Assembly: GCA_013416795.1 (NCBI GenBank)
Contig: RQSC01000033.1
Span: forward strand, 250,583 to 314,582
Length of the DNA stretch: 64,000 nt
From: Prasinococcaceae sp. CCMP 1430
Lineage: Eukaryota > Plantae > Prasinodermophyta
Reading direction: 5' to 3'
The notes beneath the pieces are model-generated. The model was given only the letters and a program-made list of their open reading frames with translations. It searched no databases and had not been told where the DNA came from. Shown piece after piece: positions 41,441 through 50,768 of this stretch. A program made the translations under genes and the position numbers. Within the stretch, counting starts at the first letter, position 1, and each line of letters starts with the position of its first letter.

Positions 41441-43489
41441 TCACGGCGACAGCGGCGCGCTCCAGGCGCGCGCCAGGCGGTGGACGCGCGGCCCGCCGGT
41501 CCCGGTCCCGTCTGGCACGTACACGTCGAAGCGCTGCTCGCCGAAGCCCTTCAGCGCGAAGGAGCCCGCGGTGTCAAATCCGCACGGCGCGTTTGGGCCC
41601 GCGGCCTCCTTGAACTCGGCGCTGACGACCACGGGCGCGTCCAGCTTTCCTGCCACGGACTCGAGCCTCGCCGCTTTGTTCACCTCGCGCCCGATCACAG
41701 TGAAATCCATGCGGTCGCTCACGCCCACGTTCCCGTACGTGCACACGCCGTAGTGGAGGGCCGAGCAAAATCGCATGAGCTTGCTTCTGTCGGTGCCTGC
41801 GGACTCGTTCCTCGCGTCCACCTCGGACGCGATGTCCGCCAGTGCCACGAGCGCACGCCCGGCGGCGTCCGCAACCTTGTATGGACACGCGCCTTTTGCC
41901 AAGCGCGCGCATCGCAGCTCCTCAGAGCGCACCTGCTCATCCTCTACGATTTGGCTGCTGCTGCTGAAGTCATCCTCGTGCTGCGATCTTCGGCGAAGGG
42001 AGGCCGAGGATGTGGAAGATGGCGGTGCGACCGAACGACCGGGACTATTGCTGGCGCCACTGCGCGTCCCCGTACTTCTCCTGTCCACGTCACTGTCGGT
42101 CACGCCGCCGTCTTCGTCTCCACTCACATCGTCGTCATCCTCGTCGATCCGAAACACGATGAGGGCGCCGTCGCCCATGAACTTGAGTATCTCGCCGCGA
42201 GCGGTCGGCGAGCGCACGTGACGGGCGATGATCTCGAAGAACTCGCCCAGCATGTCCATCACTCGGGTGGGCGAGTAGCGCACGGAGAGCGCCGTGAATG
42301 AACGCAGATCGCAGAAGCAGATGACAGCGCGGATGTCAATCGTCTTGCCAAGCTGTGTCATGGTGCCCGCCATGATCTTCCTGGCCGGTGTGCGCCCGAC
42401 GTACGCCTCCATCAGGGCGTGCGCGCATATGCGCTCGAGCTTGAACGCCAATGTGGAGCTCGTCAGGCGCAGGATGGAGGCGATGAATGCAAGGTCATCG
42501 TCGCTGAAGCCGTTCGTCCTCCGCGTGCCCAGCGCCAGCATGGCTGGCGTCTGGCTTCCGTACGGTGGGGGCAGGTCGAAGGGGCTCAACAGGTACTCCG
42601 TGCAGCCTGCCTCGTAGTAGTCTTTGAAGACGGGAAATTCCCACTCCTCGCCCGGCGCCGGTGGCACCAGACGCCTACGGAGTGGTTCGTGTGTCTCCGC
42701 CACGACCGACAGCGGCGAGCTCTTGCCGCCATTCTTCGCAGCCTCGCGCGGGTGGTAATTCTTCAGTTTGTGGCGGTCTGAGACGATGCGCATGAGATCG
42801 ACCTTGCTGTACGCAACGCCGCTCTCGCGCATGCCCTCAATCTCGCCACTGTGCTCGTTTTCGCCAGGCCCGAAGACTCGCACGCTCTTGATCCAGTCGC
42901 TTCGATCTGAATCCGGGTCACGCTCTTTCATGAGCGGCTCCTCGTCGTCAGGCGAGTCCGCCAGCCCCCACTTCATGAAAATGGCGTGAATCACCGGATG
43001 GCGGATCGAGAACGCGGCGGCAGCAAGCGGCACGCGCAGGCCACAGGCGTTAAGCGCGCGCACCAGGCCGTCGAAAGAGGCGTCCAGCGGCTCCGCCCAC
43101 ACTTTGCGGTTGTCCGTTGCCCATTCGAAAATGCAGGCGAAGCGCGACACCTCGCATGGACACTCTCCGCTCTCAGAAGGGAGGAATCGCGGGCTGCGCT
43201 CGCGTGGCCGCCCCACTTCCCGTGACTCGTCGCCAACGCCGCCGCTCACGCCGTTGGCGTCTTCAGCGCCCCGCCGGTGCGGTGGCACGAAGGGATGTGT
43301 TTGTGTTCGAACCTTGTCCGCGTCCGCGTCTGCACAGGTGGAGGAGGTGACACGAGGCGAGCGCGGGCCCGAAGCGGAGCCACCCGCGAGCTCGCGCTCG
43401 GCGGCTGCGAGCCTGCGCCGCAGCGCGGCGTTCTCCGCGTGTAGCCGCGCGAGCTCGCCCGCGGCAGCGCCCGCCCCCGCCAGCGCCAT
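41441..43489 (-). CDS. Class III nucleotide cyclase with adenylate-cyclase specificity residues and an N-terminal GAF-like region
   Basis: FCDLRSFT, GEILKFMGDGALIVF, LHYG...YGNVG...DFTVIG.EVNKAARLES. Start taken at ATG 43489 (MALAG); an in-frame intron near the N-terminus is not excluded. Confidence 0.9.
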   Translation of the reverse strand: MALAGAGAAAGELARLHAENAALRRRLAAAERELAGGSASGPRSPRVTSSTCADADADKVRTQTHPFVPPHRRGAEDANGVSGGVGDESREVGRPRERSPRFLPSESGECPCEVSRFACIFEWATDNRKVWAEPLDASFDGLVRALNACGLRVPLAAAAFSIRHPVIHAIFMKWGLADSPDDEEPLMKERDPDSDRSDWIKSVRVFGPGENEHSGEIEGMRESGVAYSKVDLMRIVSDRHKLKNYHPREAAKNGGKSSPLSVVAETHEPLRRRLVPPAPGEEWEFPVFKDYYEAGCTEYLLSPFDLPPPYGSQTPAMLALGTRRTNGFSDDDLAFIASILRLTSSTLAFKLERICAHALMEAYVGRTPARKIMAGTMTQLGKTIDIRAVICFCDLRSFTALSVRYSPTRVMDMLGEFFEIIARHVRSPTARGEILKFMGDGALIVFRIDEDDDDVSGDEDGGVTDSDVDRRSTGTRSGASNSPGRSVAPPSSTSSASLRRRSQHEDDFSSSSQIVEDEQVRSEELRCARLAKGACPYKVADAAGRALVALADIASEVDARNESAGTDRSKLMRFCSALHYGVCTYGNVGVSDRMDFTVIGREVNKAARLESVAGKLDAPVVVSAEFKEAAGPNAPCGFDTAGSFALKGFGEQRFDVYVPDGTGTGGPRVHRLARAWSAPLSP

Positions 43490-44273
43490 TCGCCCGCTGC
43501 CGACGAGGTCTCGGCCTCCGCCCCCGCCGCGGGGGGAGCGGCCACAGACGCGCCACCGCTCATGGCGGCGCCGCCCCCCTCCCTCCGCCGCGCGCGCGCT
43601 CTGCCGCCGCCCCCGCTTTCGCGCGCTTTTTTCCGCGCGCGCAACGCATACAAAATCTCCGTCGGTGCATCGATGGGAGATCACATTGAAGGCGCGGCGG
43701 ATGATGAAACCCTTCAGCGCAGTCCCACACCACACGCCCGTCCCACACCGATCAAATGATAGAAAATCTCACGCGCAACGAAACGCGAGAGCGCGGCTCG
43801 CAACGACCCCGAGGCGGAAATTCATGGGGGAAATCCCGTCGCCAACCGAAGACAAAAATGCGAGCCGCTGTCTGTTTGCTCCCGCGCAATTCCGCGAAGC
43901 TTCCAGAGAGACCGGCGGAGGCCGGAAGCGCCCGCGCTGCGTTCCACGTCGGATGAGGAGAAGCGTACCATCGATTCGGTGCGAAAAGTCAGAGCAGCTC
44001 GCGCGGACGCAGTAGCGCGCGACGGGACGGATCAAATCGCTGGTATCCGGCCACTCGTGCGAGAGGCACAGCGCGCGACGCGAGACGCGTCGCGGATTCG
44101 CAGCACGGCCCGATGCCGTGTGCCAGCAGCTGACTTTTGTTTGTGCCTGGCTGACTTCGCTCGCGTGTTACGGTTCGGGTGCGCGTCGGACCGTTGGCGT
44201 CCTCGCATCACACAGGCGCTCACGACAAGGCACAAGGCTTGGCGGCATCTGTCATCCGTCTACTTTGTGTCCC

Positions 44274-45059
44274 CTAGCTAGACGGGGCGGGGTGTGGCGC
44301 TGGCGCGGGGCTGGCAGCGCCGCTGCCAGGGTGGGGCAGCTCGGAGCAGCTCGGCGCCGGCGGGTCCGCCCGCGTGTAGCACGTGGGCCCGGCGACGCAC
44401 TCCGCCCTGCAGTTGCCCTCCTGGTACACGCACCCGTTGGCCACGCACATGTTGCACATGCCCCGGAAGTCGCCCACCATGAACGACGCCGCAGCCCACA
44501 CGCCGGCGCAGAACTCCTCGGTGGCAGCGGTATCGGACGAGCCGCCGAGCTCGGCGCAGGCCGGCGCCGGTGCCTCAGCCTGGTAGCACGTGGCCTGGAA
44601 GTCGCCCAGCGGGCCGAACGAGCACTCCGCCCTGCACTCGCCCTCCTGATAGACGCATCCGCTGCTCACGCACATGTCACACATCGCCTCGGAGGCACCC
44701 GCCTCGAACTTTGCCACAGACCAGACGTCGCCGCAGAACTCCTGGGTCTGTGGGCACGTGCCCGGCATCGTGTAGCACGACACGTCCTGGACGAAGCATC
44801 CTTCGTCGCACCCGCCCAACGCGGGCGTCCACGCTTTCCCAGCGCCCACGCACGCCTCGCAGGTGTCGAAGAAGAGGGCGTCCCCCTCGGGCGCGCCCTC
44901 GGAGGAGAGCATCGGCTCTTCCGCCGCATTCGCAGCGCACGCGCCCCCAACGAGCGCGAGCGCGAGCGCCGCGCCTGCCGCGAGGAGGAGCGGCCCGACG
45001 GCGAGCACGCCCCGCGGCCGCCCTGCCAGGCGCCCCGCCGCCGCCGTTGCCGTTGCCAT
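44274..45059 (-). CDS. Secreted Cys-rich repeat protein of unknown family
   Basis: Signal-like GVLAVGPLLLAAGAALALALVGGACAA, then two near-complete repeats EFC..VW...MC.MCV..GCVYQEG.CRAEC...TCY....PAP.C and one divergent copy. Confidence 0.72.
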   Translation of the reverse strand: MATATAAAGRLAGRPRGVLAVGPLLLAAGAALALALVGGACAANAAEEPMLSSEGAPEGDALFFDTCEACVGAGKAWTPALGGCDEGCFVQDVSCYTMPGTCPQTQEFCGDVWSVAKFEAGASEAMCDMCVSSGCVYQEGECRAECSFGPLGDFQATCYQAEAPAPACAELGGSSDTAATEEFCAGVWAAASFMVGDFRGMCNMCVANGCVYQEGNCRAECVAGPTCYTRADPPAPSCSELPHPGSGAASPAPAPHPAPSS

Positions 45060-45282
45060 CGTCCCGCCCCCGCGTGTCCCCGCCCCCCTCGCCGCGACAC
45101 CTGCCGCCGCACGCGAGCGAGGAGGGCAGCCAACCCGGGCGGCCGCTTCGACCCCCTCAACCTCGCCGAGTCGGGCGACCTCGAGCGCGCGCGCTCTGGC
45201 GCCGCCCCGCCCCACCCGCCCCGAGCCCGCGAGGGCTCCCCGTCGGGCCTCGCTCAAAACGCCGCCTGCCACCTGGCAGCAG

Positions 45283-45410
45283 TGCGTGTGTGTGTGTGTG
45301 TGTGTGTGGTGCCTCTGTGTGTGCCTGTGTGTGCGTGTGTGTGGTGTGCCTCTGTGTGTGTGTGTGTGTGTGCCTGCCTGTGTGTGCGTGCGTGTGTGTG
45401 TGTGTGCATG
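45283..45410 (+). repeat. (TG)n-rich degenerate microsatellite
   Basis: Direct reading. Confidence 0.9.
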
Positions 45411-45811
45411 CACATGAGCTGCTCGCTCGCGCTGGCCTGGGCTACGACTACGACCTCGCATGGACAGTTGGCTGTTTCCAAGGTGGCAAACTTTTTCTTG
45501 TACGCGTTTGGGATACGGTCGTGGTCAAGGTCTGTGGTCGGTGTCGATGTTAGGGTAAATGAGTTAGGGTTTAGTTAGGAGTGGCACCTCCCTCGTGCGA
45601 ATTGCGCGCTGGCGGGCGAGCCCACTGCGCGTGCGCTGCGTGGCGCCCTGAGGGGGGGGGGGAGAGTGCGGCCCTCCCCCGCCCCGTATCTCCTCGACCG
45701 GACGCACGCCGCGCACGTAGTGGGCCATGGCGCCGCGAATGGGGCGCGCGGTCGGGGCGGCGGCGGTGGCGGCGGCCGCCGCCGCCGCACGTGGCAAAGC
45801 CTCGCCACCAG

Positions 45812-48800
45812 CTCGTCGAGCTTGCCGCGTGCCTCGCGCTGTGTTGCGCCGCGGCGGGAGCTGGGACGGAGGCACCACCGCCCGCGGACGGGGCGGTCGC
45901 AGCGGGCGTGCTCGCGCTGGGGGCCGAGCACGCGCACGTGGTGCCGCACGCGGCACTGAGGGACGCCGTTGCGCTCCAAGGCGCGGCCGTGGAGTTCACG
46001 CTCGCGTTCGCCGTGCTGCTTCCGGTCGGTGCGAGGGAGCGCGACCACGACAGCAGGGGTGAAGCGCACGAGCGGCAATTCCGAAGCCTGCTCTTCAAGG
46101 TGCGCATCGACGCCCTCTCACTCGCGCCGGCTGTGCGAGCAGGGACGCGCGTGCACTCGCGCTCTCGCTGACGAGCGCGTGTCACTGCTCGCCCGCCCGA
46201 ACGCCCGAGCGCAGGGCTCCTCCGATGCCGACAGAACGCCATCCATGTGGCTGCTGCCGAACGAGGACCGCCTGACGTTCCGGGTCAGCACAACGCGATG
46301 GCGGGAGGCTTGGGGCACGTCGGTCGCGGAGCTCTCACCGCGCGAATGGCACAGAGTCGTCTTCGTGGGCAGGGCGCACGGCGTGCTCGAGCTGTACATC
46401 AACGGCGCCCTCGACTCGCGCCAAGCGGTGGAGGGCGAAGTCGTGGGCAACTCGGGTCCTCTGCGACTAGGCAGGAGCGGCCCCGAGGGCGCCGGCGCGC
46501 TGCTCGCAGACGTGCGGCTGTCTGGACGCGCGTGGAGCGAGGGCGAAGTGGCTGCCGACGCGAACGCCGTGCTGTCCCGCCTCACCAGTTCGGGTGCGGT
46601 GCTGGATGTATCAGCGATTCTTGGAAGCGTGTCGCCCGGCGACGGAGGAGGAACCTCGTTGCGTCGGCAAGTTCTCGGCAAGCCCGAGCCGCCGGCGCCA
46701 GTGCCGCTGGGGGCGCGTGCTCGCGCGGCGTGCCTGCGCACTGGCGAGGAGGCCCTTTCATCAGCGCCAGGGGAGCGCTTCGTCGTCGAATGCCCAGCGC
46801 TGTGTCGAAAGGCGGCGTTTGGCTTGGCCACGGTGGCGTGGCCGCTCGGAGGGCCCGACATCTCCGCCGCGGCCCGCAGCGGAGACGGAGACGCACCCGC
46901 GCCGGTGCGCACGCACGCGCATTCGTTTGCACTGAATTCGTCCGTGTGCGGCGCGGCCGAGCGCCTCCGCCGCCTCCAGCAAGACGAGCGGGCGGGGCGC
47001 GAGGAAGTCAGGGGTGAGCAGGAGGCCTTGGACGACCCCGCCAAGGCATCGGCGGCGATGCTTGACCATTCGGCCGTGGCAGAGGATTTCCCGCTAGCAG
47101 TCACTGCAGAAATTGATGGCAGCGAGCTGCGTGTGCACGAGTGCGTAGAAATGGATGCGGACGCGCTGAAATTGGAGGCGTCCGGCGCATCGACAGCCGC
47201 GGATGTGCATGAATTGGCTCGTCGTCACGGACGCTCGCCCCTCGCCGAGGTCGCCCTGGCGCGACCAACGTACTCCCACGGCGGTGGAGGCGTGCCATTT
47301 GCGCTATCGCGCCGCGACGAGGATGGGGAGGATGCATCTGTCGCGCAAGAGGTGTGGTGGAGGATCCAAACCGGCAGCACGCCGACCCCAGTGGAAGTAT
47401 CCGATGCGCTCGAAGCTGCTCAGGTTCCGCCACTGGCCTCGGCTGCAGTGTGGCACTCTCTCGCCGAGGCGGCGGAGCACGTCACTGATGCGGAGTACGC
47501 CCAAGCACGCGCGTCCTGGGCACTACTGAGCGCGGCATCGTTCGGGGACGCCAGCGCAAATTTGGCACTGGGGTGGCGCACCATGCGCGACGAGGAGGGC
47601 GACTGTGAGAGCGCGCTCTTCTACTTCGTGCGAGGTGCCAAGCAAGCGCGTGAGGAGTGGGCTCGGCCAGGCCAGCAGCGTATCATGGAGGGTGTGCTGC
47701 TGTCCGAATCGCTGCGGCAGGTCAGGCGTGACGACAAGGCAGAAGGCGACGACCGCGCGGAGGCGCTCGCTATGGCTTCCAACGGAGGCAAGGGCGACAC
47801 TGACGCCACTATGGAACTCGCCAGACGCTACTACTTCGGGACGAACGGCTTTGCGAGGGACCACGCGCGCGCTCGTCGGTTGTACCTGGCAGCGTGGGCG
47901 CACTGCAGCTTCGTGCCCGCGGGCATTGCCGCAGCTAAGATGGCCTTCAAGGGCGAGGTATGTGATGTTTGCCGTCTTCGTATTCTCCTGGATGCGCCGC
48001 GACTCGCGCGCGCGCGTTATGGCAGAGTCTCCCCAGCTACCTCGCACAGCGAAGATGCATTCGCAGCGCTAACGTGGCTGGCCGCGCCCCCTGTCTTGAC
48101 GCGAGCGCACCCAGGGCGGCGACAAGGACCACGTCATGGCCAGAGAGCTCTTCGAGGAGGGCGCCTCGCACAACAACTCGGATGCGCTAGTTGGGCTTGC
48201 CGCGCTCATATTTGCGAGCGACGAGGGCCCGGAGGCGCTTGCTTTGTTCGAGCGCGCGGCCGGGTTGGGGGCGGCCGATGGTGCCTCCAACGCAGGCCTC
48301 ATCCTCAGGGGCGGGCTCAAGGGCGTGCAGCACGACCTGCACAAGGCACGCGCGTACTTTGGCCAGTGCGCAAGCAAGGGCAATTTCGTTTGCCTGCACG
48401 AGCTAGGCCAGATGGAAGCGCTGGCCGAAGGAGGGGCGCGGGACTGCGAGGCCGCCGTGAATCATCTGCGCGCCGTGAATGAGGTGGGGCCGTGGTCTGA
48501 ACGATTGAAGAGTGGACTGAAAGCCTTCACGGCGTCAGACACAAAGAAGGCTCTTTGGGAATACGACCAACTGGCACGAGCGGGATACGCGAGTGCATTG
48601 CACAACGCGGCATGGCTCAGGTATGAGGGACGTCTCCCAGGAGGCGGAAGTGCTGGGGGAGCTCTCGGTGAGCTGGCGCGTGCCATGCCGCATGCGCCCG
48701 CCGCGTCACCTTTGCGCGCTGCGGAGGCCGCGGCGCGCGAGTGGGACGCCGCCAAGAATCTGCCCGCAAAGCAAGGCGCCTTCCTTCACGCAGCAGTCGC

Positions 48801-49227
48801 GGAGAGCCTCCTGCGCGGGCGCAGCGCCAACGCAGATGCGGGTGCTGTCTCCTCGGCGCTCGACAGGATCCTCCACGGCGGTGGCGACGTCATCGATCCC
48901 GTCATTCGGCGCGCTGTTCATCACTACCGGATCAGCAAGGAGCTCGGCGGCGACACAGCCGCGTACGTGCTGTGTGACCTTGCTCACGGGCTCTACGATG
49001 CTAGCTCAAACGCCGAGGCGTGCTACCTGCAGGCCGCGCGCGACCAGGACGCCAGCCGGCTGGCGGTGGCACTCGCAGTCGCGCGCATTCGCATGCTACG
49101 CGCAGTGCAGGCGGCCACGCGCGCGGCAGAGGCGCGTGGCGTGAGCGCCGCGCATGCCATCGTCGGCGCCGCTTGCACCGCAGTTGTGCTGCTCTTCGGG
49201 AGAGCCCTTCACCAGCGCCACCGATAA
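45812..49227 (+). CDS. SEL1L3-like membrane protein: LamG/ConA-like domain, LCCL-like insert, SEL1 repeats and C-terminal TM; 5' end unresolved
   Basis: Exons are ?-46099, 46215-47957 and 48115-49227, all phase 0 with GT-AG introns. FRSLLFK|G...RTPSMWL...WHRVVFV...LYINGAL marks LamG; ELARRYYFGTNGFARDHARA and GLKGVQHDLHKARAYF mark SEL1 repeats; TM IVGAACTAVVLLFG. Confidence 0.78.
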
Positions 49228-49665
49228 TTACACGCTGTTCTCATTGCCACCGCTGTAGCCGAACGATGTTAGGATGCTCAGCACGTACTGCTCCGCGCGG
49301 GCGTCGCCACGCCTCGCGGCCGCGAGGGCGGCCTCGTATCCTTGCGCGTACTCGCCGAGGAACAAATACCACCAGACGCAGACGCCTGCCGCGGCCGCGC
49401 CAGTGAGCCACCACGCGTGAAAGAGCGTCTCAAGCCCCCCGACCACGCCGACCCCCGAACACACTATCGTCCATGGCTGGCACCACGGCGGCTTCGCCTC
49501 CCACACGCTGTCGGGAGCGTCGCCGAGCGTGAGCGCCAGCCGTTGCGCCCCAAGCGCCGCGCGTTCGCCCTCGCCCCCGCCCGCGCCCTCGCACGCGGCA
49601 GCCCTCGCACGCCGCATGCGCGGCTGCCGCGCGCCCCGCGCGCGCGCCCCCAATGCAGCGCACAT
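49228..49665 (-). CDS. Small membrane protein with cyanobacterial/plastid-type W-x2-KP-x-WCQPW motif (DUF6737-like, from memory); probable transit peptide
   Basis: SVWEAKPPWCQPWTIVCSG followed by two hydrophobic segments; R/A-rich N-terminus. Confidence 0.7.
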   Translation of the reverse strand: MCAALGARARGARQPRMRRARAAACEGAGGGEGERAALGAQRLALTLGDAPDSVWEAKPPWCQPWTIVCSGVGVVGGLETLFHAWWLTGAAAAGVCVWWYLFLGEYAQGYEAALAAARRGDARAEQYVLSILTSFGYSGGNENSV

Positions 49666-49976
49666 CGGGAACGGAGGAGGTCGCGCGCCCCGCCTCGCCC
49701 CTCGCCGGCCTCGGCCACCGCGGCCGCCGCCTCCGCTGTGGCGCACATGCGTGCGCCGGATTGCAAGCCCCCGACCAAATTCGGGGCGATTGGATTGCGC
49801 GGGTGCGCACGCGTGGCGTGTCACACACGCACGCGGCGGTGCGCAGCTGTGGCGCGGCCGCGCTTCGAGGGGTCGCGCCTCACGCACGGCGCGGTCTCGC
49901 CCCTGTGGCCCGAGCGGCCCGCCCGGACGGGTCCGGCGCGCCGGCGTGCCGGTCGGCCGGCGAACGACGCCGCCCG

Positions 49977-50611
49977 ATGAGCACGGACAGGCTGGTGCCG
50001 GCGGCCGAGGAGCGGCACGCGTTCTTGCACGGCGGTACGCGCCACGCGCGGGGCGCCGCGCCGGTGCTCGCCCAGCTCGGGCGCTCGCGCCCGCTCGCCT
50101 GCTCGATTGCTTGAGCGCGTCGCTGACGCGCTCGCGCGATTGCTGCTGCCGTCGTCGCCGCCGCCGCGATGCGCCAGGGCGCACCATCTACGAGTGGGAG
50201 CAGACCATCGAGGAAGTCAGCGTTTACATCCGCACGCCGCCTGGTGCGCGCGCGGCCGACCTTGACGTGCGCATTGGCGCGAGTTCGCTCTCGGTTGGTA
50301 TCAAGGGCAATCCGAACCCCTACCTGCAGCATGACACCTTCGCGCCAGTGGTAACCGGCGACTCGACGTGGACGCTCGATGGCACGGAGCTGTGCATCAC
50401 GCTCGCCAAGGCGCGTCAGGGCGAGCCGTGGACTGCTGTGTTTGCGGGTCACGAGGGCACCATGAGCGGCGCTGCCGAGCAGGCTGAGCGCAAGCGCTTG
50501 CTTCTCGAGCGCTTTCAGGCGGAACATCCGGGCTTCGACTTCTCTGGGGCGGAGATGAGCGGCGAGGCGCCCGACGCGCATACGTTCATGGGTGGCTTTG
50601 AGCGCCAGTGA
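49977..50611 (+). CDS. NudC/CS-domain co-chaperone (NudCD2-like); 2 exons
   Basis: Exon 1 is 49977-50034 and exon 2 is 50178-50611, giving RHAFLHGG|RTIYEWEQTIEEV. Also DSTWTL, LLLERFQAEHPGFDFSGAE and FMGG. Confidence 0.88.
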
Positions 50612-50768
50612 GTGGCGCCGATTCTGTCAAAAACGTGTACATTACCCTTTGTCACAAGGACGGCGCCCCCGCCGCCGCCGCGCGCCGCTGGACTCGTCGT
50701 TGCCGTCGGCGAGCTCCACACGGAGCGCCATGACATACATGGACGGGAGCGGTATAAAGGTTCTTCTC

